From Deferribacterales bacterium (lineage in GTDB: Bacteria; Chrysiogenota; Deferribacteres; Deferribacterales; Geovibrionaceae), in assembly GCA_050251875.1 (NCBI GenBank), contig JBFWMA010000002.1, forward strand, positions 160,001 to 224,000: a DNA stretch of 64,000 bases, written 5' to 3'. Shown here piece by piece: positions 56,399 to 64,000 of the stretch; the first letter of the stretch is position 1; every line of letters starts with the position of its first letter. Made by a program: the position numbers and the translations under genes. A model generated the notes under the pieces. The model was not told the origin of the DNA and did no database searches. It saw only the letters and a list, made by a program, of their open reading frames with translations.

Positions 56399-56686
56399 TT
56401 ACACATCTTTGTTATTATCAATGTTTAACATAAATTCACCTGAACGAAGGTTCGCATAGGCTTTTTTCAGCCTTTCCATGATGAATTCATAGCTGTTTTC
56501 ATCGTGATTTCTGACGCACTGTGAGCAGTCTTTTATGTTTCCGGACCACACAGGGTCTCCGCCGCAGTCTTTAAAGAAATAAAGAGGGCAATAGCAGAAA
56601 AGACAGTTCTGTCCGTCCAGCTTATGACACGGATAATACTCACATTTTTCGTTGGTGAAATGTTTATAGCTCAATGAACGCTCCAA
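56399..56686 (-). CDS. Cysteine-rich small domain protein
   Basis: CEYYPCH, NCLFCYCPLY, KDCSQC..H. Confidence 0.82.
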   Translation of the reverse strand: MERSLSYKHFTNEKCEYYPCHKLDGQNCLFCYCPLYFFKDCGGDPVWSGNIKDCSQCVRNHDENSYEFIMERLKKAYANLRSGEFMLNIDNNKDV

Positions 56687-56746
56687 TATTATTGTAACAT
56701 CGGTATTATTATAATCAAATGAAACTGGTCGGTTTTCGGAAAAAGA

Positions 56747-57430
56747 TTATCTGGGTTTCTTGTTCTTGGCTTTCACTTCTCTGCTGTTCAGCTCTGTGAT
56801 AACCTCTGTGGCTGTGGTTTTGGCTGTTTTGGATGTTTCATCCTTCATATGTTTGGCTAGTTTAATGGCTTTCTGTCTGTTTTTTTCGTCTCTTTTGCCT
56901 ATATTGCGCAGAGCCCAGCTTACGGCCTTTCTCACATAGTTTCTGCTGTCGTCACATTCGTTCATTATCAGTGTGAAATAGCTGTCTATCTCGCTTTCGG
57001 AAAGTTCTTTGTCTTTCAGCGCCAGGTTGGCTATGATGGCGAATCCGGCTCTTTTCACGAATATTTCGTTCTGAACAGCCCATTCATAAGCCTTCATCTT
57101 GCCCAGCTCGGTTTTATAGGCGAGGTTGTTGCAAAACTGGTCGCACAGATCCCATGAGTTCAGATCCATAACCCATTTCTCCATAAGCTCAGAACCGCAC
57201 TGGTGCTTGTCGGCTATCATGGTGGCGAGAATTCTCGCCTCGTGCTGTTCTGTCGCCCAGAGCTGAAGAGCCAGCTCGTGGTCTATGCGGATGTCTTTCG
57301 CTATGGAGCGCAGGTCTGCCACCTTTGTTCCGCAGGCTTTGGCTGTGTTTATGCCTACTTTTGCCATTTCGGCTTTGTTTTCTTCAGAAGATAACTCGTT
57401 TATTTTGTCCAGAGCTTCCTGCAATGTCAT
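56747..57430 (-). CDS. AlkD-like DNA alkylation repair family protein
   Basis: HEARILA, SWDLCD, YVRKAVSWALRNIGKR. Confidence 0.85.
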   Translation of the reverse strand: MTLQEALDKINELSSEENKAEMAKVGINTAKACGTKVADLRSIAKDIRIDHELALQLWATEQHEARILATMIADKHQCGSELMEKWVMDLNSWDLCDQFCNNLAYKTELGKMKAYEWAVQNEIFVKRAGFAIIANLALKDKELSESEIDSYFTLIMNECDDSRNYVRKAVSWALRNIGKRDEKNRQKAIKLAKHMKDETSKTAKTTATEVITELNSREVKAKNKKPR

Positions 57431-59106
57431 AAATTTGAATACCTCATAAATGTTTTGAAAAGCGTGGGGTGACCGCCGGGATATTTTATCAGCCTGTCGG
57501 CACCGAAATCTATAATGCTCTTTTCCACAGGAATCCCCATTATATCTCCCGCCGTGAGCAGAAGAGTGATGAACACGCTTATGGAATTGGGAATTGAATC
57601 ATCGAATGTATCGATAACGGTCTTTTCTGTGTCCAGATATATCAGCCCGTCTTTACAGAAGAGTTTCAGCGCTTCGTCGGCGAAGGCAGAAGCCTCTGTC
57701 AGAAAGGATTTTTCCTTTGTGATGTCGAAAAATTTCATGAAAGCGTCAATGGTGAAGGCATAATCCTCCAGAGTGGTCTGCTCCATTATCTCGCCGTAAT
57801 AGTTGATGCGGAAGAGGCTGCGTCCGTGCATATGAAAATGTCTCAGTTTGCCCAGAAGAGCGGATGCCTGCTCCATATAATACTCAGAGCCTGACACCTC
57901 GAACATTCTCAGCAGGGCTTTTAGAAAAAGCATATTCTGAGAGAGTATTATCTTGGTGTCTTTCACGGGTTTTTCTTTATGGTTGTCTGCCTGGATTTTT
58001 GCGAAATGCTGTTCCAGACGGACATATTCTTCATAGTCTGCCTTGTTGACGGTGATGACGCCCTCTGTGAGAGTAACTATATCAGCCGCCTGTCTTATCT
58101 GGTCTTCGTTTACCAGATAATAGAATCCCTCCACCAGCTTCATGCTGTCGTCCAGACTGTCGGCGTCCATAGCGGATATCAGACCGAAGTCGGTATTGAA
58201 CTCGTGCAGGATGAAATCTATGGTCTTTTCAGCTATCTTCAGATACAGGCGGTTGTCTGTTTTCTCGAACATGTCCAGCAGAAAGCATGTGTTCTGGGCA
58301 TTGTCATAGAGCATCTTTTCGAAGTGAGGCACGCTCCATTTTCTATCCACCGCATAGCGGTAGAAGCCGCCGTTCACATGGTCGTATATACCGGAAGTGC
58401 AGAGCCTGTCCGCCGTCAGGTTCATAAAGTCCCTGACAAAAAGATCTGTGTCGTAATATTCCATCATGGCTTCCATAACAGGAATATTCGGGAATTTAGC
58501 GTCTTTTCCCAGCCCTCCGTATTCGCTGTCGAATGTTTTGGAGAAGGATTCTGACGCTGTGTGAAAATCGAAATCGTTCAGGTCTTCGGACGTCTTGTCC
58601 GTGTCTATGAATTTATCGAAAAATTTATCGTAGTTTTTAGAGTATTTCTCCGCCTCTTTCGGGGTGTCCTGATACAGCCTGCCCAGCTGGGTGACTATTT
58701 CGGCGAAGGCGGGGAGCCCGTGTGTGGGTTTGGGCGGAAAATAGGTGCCGCCGAAGAACGGGCGTCCGTCCGGCAGAGCGAAGATAGACAGAGGCCATCC
58801 GCCTCTCTTGCCTGTGGCGTGCAGATAGAACTGATATCTCTTGTCAATATTGGGGAATTCTTCCCTGTCGATCTTTACCGGGACAAAATATTTATTGAGA
58901 ATCTCCGCCGCCGTCTCGTTCTCGAATGATTCATGCGCCATAACATGGCACCAGTGGCAGGAGGAATAGCCTATGCTGATGAACAGAGGTTTGTTAAGCT
59001 CTTTTGCCCTGGCTATCGTCTCTTCGGAATATGCCTGCCAGGCAACAGGGTTGTTCTCATGTTGTTTCAGATAAAGACTTTTTTGTTTATTCAGCTCGTT
59101 TTTCAT
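57427..59106 (-). CDS. Thioredoxin-domain protein (YyaL/DUF255 family)
   Basis: SLYLKQH..NPV, GYSSCHWCHVM, GGWPL, PHFEKMLYDNA. Confidence 0.92.
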   Translation of the reverse strand: MKNELNKQKSLYLKQHENNPVAWQAYSEETIARAKELNKPLFISIGYSSCHWCHVMAHESFENETAAEILNKYFVPVKIDREEFPNIDKRYQFYLHATGKRGGWPLSIFALPDGRPFFGGTYFPPKPTHGLPAFAEIVTQLGRLYQDTPKEAEKYSKNYDKFFDKFIDTDKTSEDLNDFDFHTASESFSKTFDSEYGGLGKDAKFPNIPVMEAMMEYYDTDLFVRDFMNLTADRLCTSGIYDHVNGGFYRYAVDRKWSVPHFEKMLYDNAQNTCFLLDMFEKTDNRLYLKIAEKTIDFILHEFNTDFGLISAMDADSLDDSMKLVEGFYYLVNEDQIRQAADIVTLTEGVITVNKADYEEYVRLEQHFAKIQADNHKEKPVKDTKIILSQNMLFLKALLRMFEVSGSEYYMEQASALLGKLRHFHMHGRSLFRINYYGEIMEQTTLEDYAFTIDAFMKFFDITKEKSFLTEASAFADEALKLFCKDGLIYLDTEKTVIDTFDDSIPNSISVFITLLLTAGDIMGIPVEKSIIDFGADRLIKYPGGHPTLFKTFMRYSNL

Positions 59107-59166
59107 ACCAACACCAAAATTATCATATTATGACAATATAGAGTTTGCGGACACTTATCAAGGAAT

Positions 59167-59196
59167 AAAAAAAGGGGCGGATATGTTCCGCCCCTT
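59167..59196 (-). terminator. Intrinsic terminator downstream of maeB
   Basis: Minus AAGGGGCGGA-acata-TCCGCCCCTT then T run. Confidence 0.82.
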
Positions 59197-59302
59197 CCCG
59201 GTATGAACACCGGAAATGACTTTTTGCAAACGCCACATGATTGTCGAAAATGACATTCACTGTTCTATTAATAAAACCATTTGGGTTTTATTGGCAAGTT
59301 AA

Positions 59303-61588
59303 TTATTTATGTTTTTGCTTCGCTTTCTCTATAGCGTCCACAACGGCGATAGCCGCCATGTTCACTATTTCGTTCACGTCACTGCCTCTCTGGAGGACGT
59401 GCACGGAGTGTTTGAAGCCTTGCAGAACCGGTCCGATGGCTATACCGCCGCCGAGTCTCCACAGAAGTTTGTATGCGCTGTTTCCCGCCTCCAGGTTGGG
59501 GAAGACAAGAATGGACGCGTCACCTTTGATATCGGAGAAGGGGAAAGCCTCTTCCGCTATAGGTCTGTAGAGGGCAGTATCCGCCTGCATATCACCGTCT
59601 ATGATGAGCTGGGGATATCTCTCTTTAACCTTTTTGATAGCTTCGGTGATTTTCAGCGTTCTGGGCAGTTTTACAGAGCCGAAGTTGGTGAATGATATCA
59701 TGGCTACTTTTGGCTCTATCTCGAACTTAGAACATGTGTCCGCTGACTGCATGGCTATCTGTGCCAGCACTTCAGCGTCCGGATCGATGTTCACGGTGGT
59801 GTCGGCGCAGAGGACTATGCGGTCTCTGAACACCATGAAATAAGCGCCTGACGGGCTGGTGTATCCTTCCTGCATGGGGTTGATCTCCAGCAGGGGGCGG
59901 ATGGCATCGGGATAGTTTCTGGAATATCCGTTCAGCAGACAGTCGGCGTCTCCCTCGCACACCATCATAGCGGCGTAATAGTCGCTGATGCGCACCAGTC
60001 TTCTGTAGCTTTCGTCATATGTCATACCCTTTCTCTGGCGCATAGCGTGAAATTTTCTGGCATACTGCTCCAGCTTAACAGAGTAAGTGGGGTTGACTAT
60101 CTCGCATTCGGTCAGGTCGATGTTGTGTTTCTCCGCCAGAGCTTTGATACGGTCTTCGTTGCCCAGAAGGATAGGTTTCGCGATTCCTTCCTCCACCATT
60201 TTCTGAGCGGCTCTGAGGATTTTTTCCTGTTCGCCTTCGGGCAGAACGAGACGTTTCGGTTTCTGTCTGGCGACAGATATGATGTGTCTGGTGAATTCTT
60301 TGGCGAATGACAGCCTGGATTCCAGATAGTCTTTATATTTTTCAAAATTGGGTATGTCTTTCTGTGCCACGCCGGATTCTATAGCGGCTTTGGCGACAGC
60401 GGGGGCAACCCATGTGAGAACTCTGTGATCGAAAGGTTTCGGGATAATGTATTCGGGTCCGAACTCTATTCTGTCCACACCGTATGCCTTGCAGACTGAC
60501 TCCGGCACTTCCTGTCTGGCGAGCTGAGCCAGAGCGTTTACGGCGGCGAGTTTCATGTGTTCGTTGATGGCTTTTGCTCTGACATCCAGAGCGCCTCTGA
60601 ATATGAAGGGAAATCCGAGAACGTTGTTAACCTGGTTGGGATAATCTGAACGTCCTGTCGCCATGATGGCGTCCCCTCTGACTTCGGCGACCTCTTCGGG
60701 GGTTACTTCCGGATCGGGGTTAGCCATAGCCATGATGATGGGGTTTCTCGCCATGTCTTTAACCATTTTCTTGTTCACGGCGCCTTTCTGTGAGAGACCG
60801 AGGAAAACATCGGCTCCGTCCATGGCTTCTTCCAGAGTGCGTTTTTCCGTGGTTACGGCGAACTCTTCTTTATATTTGTTCATGCCTTCCGTGCGTCCGT
60901 TATATATGATGCCTTTTGTGTCGCACATCATGATATTGGATTTTTCTCCGCCCACCAGCACTATCAGTTTGCCTATGGCGATACCGGCTGCTCCGGCGCC
61001 GTTGATTACTATTTTTACCTGATCTATCTTTTTGCCCACGAGCTCCAGAGCGTTTATCAGAGCGGCAACGGCGATGATGGCTGTTCCGTGCTGATCGTCA
61101 TGGAAAACGGGGATGTTCATTTTTTCTTTCAGTGTTTCTTCTATATAGAAGCAGTCGGGGGCTTTGATATCCTCGAGGTTGATACCGCCGAATGTCGGCT
61201 CTATCAGCTCGCAGGCTTTGATTACGTCATCGGGGTTTTGTGAGTTGATCTCTATGTCGAAAACGTCCACATCTGCGAAACGCTTGAAGAGAACGCCTTT
61301 ACCCTCCATAACGGGTTTTCCGGCGGCGGCGCCTATGTTGCCAAGCCCCAGAACGGCGGTTCCGTTGGATACGACAGCCACCAGGTTTCCTTTTGATGTG
61401 TATTCATATACGAGCTCAGGGTTCTGCTCAATCTCCAGACAGGGCTGAGCGACACCGGGGGTGTATGCCAGAGACAGGTCTCTCTGCGTGTAACAGGGTT
61501 TTGTGGGTACTACTTCTATCTTTCCGCTTTTGGGATATTTGTGATAATCGAGAACTTCCTCTTTTGTAATCGCCTTTCTGTTCTTCAT
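59303..61588 (-). CDS. maeB: NADP-dependent malic enzyme with phosphotransacetylase-like domain
   Basis: [35 protein letters not shown]-terminal DGDMQAD and [13 protein letters not shown] before ATG 61588. Confidence 0.94.
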   Translation of the reverse strand: MKNRKAITKEEVLDYHKYPKSGKIEVVPTKPCYTQRDLSLAYTPGVAQPCLEIEQNPELVYEYTSKGNLVAVVSNGTAVLGLGNIGAAAGKPVMEGKGVLFKRFADVDVFDIEINSQNPDDVIKACELIEPTFGGINLEDIKAPDCFYIEETLKEKMNIPVFHDDQHGTAIIAVAALINALELVGKKIDQVKIVINGAGAAGIAIGKLIVLVGGEKSNIMMCDTKGIIYNGRTEGMNKYKEEFAVTTEKRTLEEAMDGADVFLGLSQKGAVNKKMVKDMARNPIIMAMANPDPEVTPEEVAEVRGDAIMATGRSDYPNQVNNVLGFPFIFRGALDVRAKAINEHMKLAAVNALAQLARQEVPESVCKAYGVDRIEFGPEYIIPKPFDHRVLTWVAPAVAKAAIESGVAQKDIPNFEKYKDYLESRLSFAKEFTRHIISVARQKPKRLVLPEGEQEKILRAAQKMVEEGIAKPILLGNEDRIKALAEKHNIDLTECEIVNPTYSVKLEQYARKFHAMRQRKGMTYDESYRRLVRISDYYAAMMVCEGDADCLLNGYSRNYPDAIRPLLEINPMQEGYTSPSGAYFMVFRDRIVLCADTTVNIDPDAEVLAQIAMQSADTCSKFEIEPKVAMISFTNFGSVKLPRTLKITEAIKKVKERYPQLIIDGDMQADTALYRPIAEEAFPFSDIKGDASILVFPNLEAGNSAYKLLWRLGGGIAIGPVLQGFKHSVHVLQRGSDVNEIVNMAAIAVVDAIEKAKQKHK

Positions 61589-62100
61589 TGGGCAATCCTC
61601 CTCATGTTTCTCTTTATGCAGAATAGGGGGCATTAAACTATAAGTCAACTCAAATATTGATGAACACTAAAATTCTGAACAAAAGTGTATAAAATGTTAA
61701 TCAAAAATAATCAATAATTTAATAGATATATTCTATGATTAAAATCGTTAAAAATGCTAAGGCGTGTTTGGTTATTTCTGATACAAATAATGCTGTTTAT
61801 AGTGTATAGAAAAAACTTATAGGTCAGAATGGCGTATTTAGAAGGTTATAAGCTATCATATTCAATATTTTTAAAGTCTGATAGCCTCGTCTCTTTATAG
61901 GATTTTACTATCTATCATCATAAAGGCTATAGGGGAGATATCAGAAGTCTGATAGTGCGGAAGGTGATCGTAATTTTAGAACATGAAAAGTTAACTCAGG
62001 TTTTTTCGTTTTTTTGATTTTTCTGTCCTGAGAACAAAAATTGAAATACTCATGTTATAAGTGTATAAATCATTATGACCTATTTTAACTGATAAGGGCG

Positions 62101-62991
62101 ATGTTGGATAACGAAAAACTGATCTTTAATTTTAAAGCATGGCTGAAGCACGAACAGGGGCACTCTGACAATACCGTGTCAGCCTATATCTCAGATATAT
62201 CATCATTCGGGGATTTTTTCTCTAAACCGCTGGCGGAGGCTTCCGCTGTGGATCTGGTGAGCTACATGGCTCAGATGAGAAAGGACGGGTACAGTATAGA
62301 GACTGTTCTGAGAAGACTTTCCGGCGTGTCCGCCTTCTATGACTTTCTGATTATCGAGCGGATAATAAAGACCAACCCTGTGGGATACATCACAAAACCG
62401 TCCAAATGGGACAAGCTCCCGGTTTTTCTTAACTTTGACGAGGTGGAGAAACTGCTGGACGCCCCCGACAGCGGCGACAATCTTGGCTACAGAGACAGGC
62501 TGATCTTCGAAACGCTGTATTCGTCCGGCATGCGCATCAGCGAGCTGGTGGGGCTGAAGGTGCTGGATATAGACCTGCCCAGAGGCGTGATAAAGGTGAC
62601 AGGCAAGGGGAGCAAACAGAGATTTGTTCCGCTGTATTCCAGTCTGGCGGATAAGCTGAACGGATATCTCACTATCAGACACGAATATTTTGTAAAAGGA
62701 CGTGATGAGGGCTGGCTTTTTCTGAGCAGAAACGGTAAAAGACTGAACAGGGAGTATATCTTCATGCTGGTTAAAAAATATTGTCTGAAAGCTGGCATAG
62801 ACAAAAATGTGTCTCCGCACACACTGCGCCATTCTTTCGCCACCCATCTGCTGACCAACGGAGCCGATCTGCGCACCATACAGATCTTTCTGGGGCACAG
62901 CGATCTGTCCACCACCCAGAGATATACCCACGTCACCGATGATAAATCGAGGAACGTGCTTTTAAACTGTCACCCGAGGTTTCGTAAATGA
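62101..62991 (+). CDS. xerD: Tyrosine recombinase XerD
   Basis: SGMRISE, GKGSKQR, SPHTLRHSFATH, LGH, TQRYTHV; XerD versus XerC not certain. Confidence 0.8.
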   Translation: MLDNEKLIFNFKAWLKHEQGHSDNTVSAYISDISSFGDFFSKPLAEASAVDLVSYMAQMRKDGYSIETVLRRLSGVSAFYDFLIIERIIKTNPVGYITKPSKWDKLPVFLNFDEVEKLLDAPDSGDNLGYRDRLIFETLYSSGMRISELVGLKVLDIDLPRGVIKVTGKGSKQRFVPLYSSLADKLNGYLTIRHEYFVKGRDEGWLFLSRNGKRLNREYIFMLVKKYCLKAGIDKNVSPHTLRHSFATHLLTNGADLRTIQIFLGHSDLSTTQRYTHVTDDKSRNVLLNCHPRFRK

Positions 62992-64000
62992 GGCGCATAG
63001 CCGTAACACACAAAAATCCCGATTTTGACGCTGTGGCGAGCGCATATGCCGCATACAGGCTTTACGGGCTGGACGCCGTAATCACGTCATCGTCATATGA
63101 ACCGCCTGTAAGGGAATATATCGACTCGCTGGATTTCGAGTTCCCTATAATAAACATGAAAGAGAAAGAGATAGAAAATCTAGAGGCGCCTGAGCTTCTG
63201 GTTATCACCGACTGCAAGCTGAAAGACAGGCTGGGGGCTCTTGCCCGGCTCGTTGACACGGCGGAAAAGAAGATAATATTCGACCATCATCCCACCCACG
63301 GACAGGATATTGAAGCGGATGAGATGAATGTCAGAGAGATAGGCGCCACCACGACCATTCTGGTGGAGAAGCTGATAGAGAAGGATATTTTTATCAATCC
63401 TGACGAGGCGACCTTTCTGATGACAGGCATATACGAAGACACGGGCATGATGACCTTCGAGGGAACAACCGTGGCGGATATGCAGGCGGCGGCATGGCTT
63501 CTGTCTAAGGGGGCTAACCTCCAGACGGTGAGCGATTTTGTGAAGCGTGACCTCAGCCGTGAGCACGTCTTTATCCTGAATGAACTGCTTACCAACATGA
63601 ACACGATCAATATCGGCTCGGTGAAGATAGGCATATCAAACGCCAGCAATGACAAATACATAGAAGATATATCCGATCTGGCTCACAAGATAATGGATAT
63701 AGAGACTCTGGACGCTCTCTTTATTCTGGTGCGCACAGGCGACAGAATAATTCTGGTGGGCAGAAGCAGAACCGACTATGTGGATGCCTCGGAAATAGCC
63801 GCTTCTTTCGGCGGGGGCGGGCATTATACCGCCGCCAGCGCTGTTATCAAAGATGAGACCCTGCACGAGTGCGTGGGCAAGCTGGAGCTGATCCTTCAGG
63901 ACGTGGTGAAACCCGTCAAGACTGCTAAAGATATAATGAATTCCCCCGTGAAAACGGTAAATCAGACCGCCACTTTTTCAGAGGCGATAGATATCTTTAT
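62988..64000 (+). CDS. DHH-DHHA1-CBS protein, probably CCA/A-adding tRNA nucleotidyltransferase (3'-truncated by window)
   Basis: ATGA overlap with xerD; THKNPDFDA, FDHHP, GIYEDTG, GGGGHYTAASA, AKDIMNSPV. Absent from track because no stop in window; the nucleotidyltransferase domain is not visible. Confidence 0.85.
   Translation, partial: MRRIAVTHKNPDFDAVASAYAAYRLYGLDAVITSSSYEPPVREYIDSLDFEFPIINMKEKEIENLEAPELLVITDCKLKDRLGALARLVDTAEKKIIFDHHPTHGQDIEADEMNVREIGATTTILVEKLIEKDIFINPDEATFLMTGIYEDTGMMTFEGTTVADMQAAAWLLSKGANLQTVSDFVKRDLSREHVFILNELLTNMNTINIGSVKIGISNASNDKYIEDISDLAHKIMDIETLDALFILVRTGDRIILVGRSRTDYVDASEIAASFGGGGHYTAASAVIKDETLHECVGKLELILQDVVKPVKTAKDIMNSPVKTVNQTATFSEAIDIF

Noticed and set aside
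62101..62991. Integrase marking a prophage or genomic island
   Set aside because: Xer-type housekeeping recombinase overlapping a housekeeping-type gene; no att repeats or cargo seen.

Overview
Ordinary-looking bacterial chromosome segment, densely coding, with no rRNA, tRNA, transposase, prophage or CRISPR array that I can support. Gene content suggests an anaerobic/microaerophilic Gram-negative such as Deferribacterales (inference only). It contains: a PAS hybrid kinase plus REC-HD-GYP pair; a complete trpL-EGDCFBA operon; RNA/ribosome-modification genes (prmA, rsmE, tadA, RluA-like, shortened RlmN-like); a polyprenyl synthase-amrS-apbE-NusG-II-Gx-maf-acyl-CoA ligase-priA operon; an EF-G paralog; ihfA-merR; a FecR/LPP20x3/MltC-like envelope cluster; two malic enzymes; a TAXI-TRAP module; a cbb3 oxidase locus; and xerD with a CCA/A-adding-type gene running off the end. 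Main observations not in the ORF track: (1) a non-canonical cbb3 system with a CcoO-cytochrome c fusion, a free-standing CcoP N-terminus, a new 28-aa membrane peptide, and a shared TATACC-N5-GGTAT palindrome (candidate Rrf2 operator) over the promoters of two convergent operons; (2) a trp attenuator with a probably leaderless WWW peptide and two tandem terminators that appear coupled domino-style; (3) a structured repeat family, one copy tandemly inserted with 40-bp duplications of the ccoI 3' end; (4) a candidate sRNA / 19-aa peptide antisense pair; (5) matching 11-residue repeats in the FecR and MltC-like proteins.
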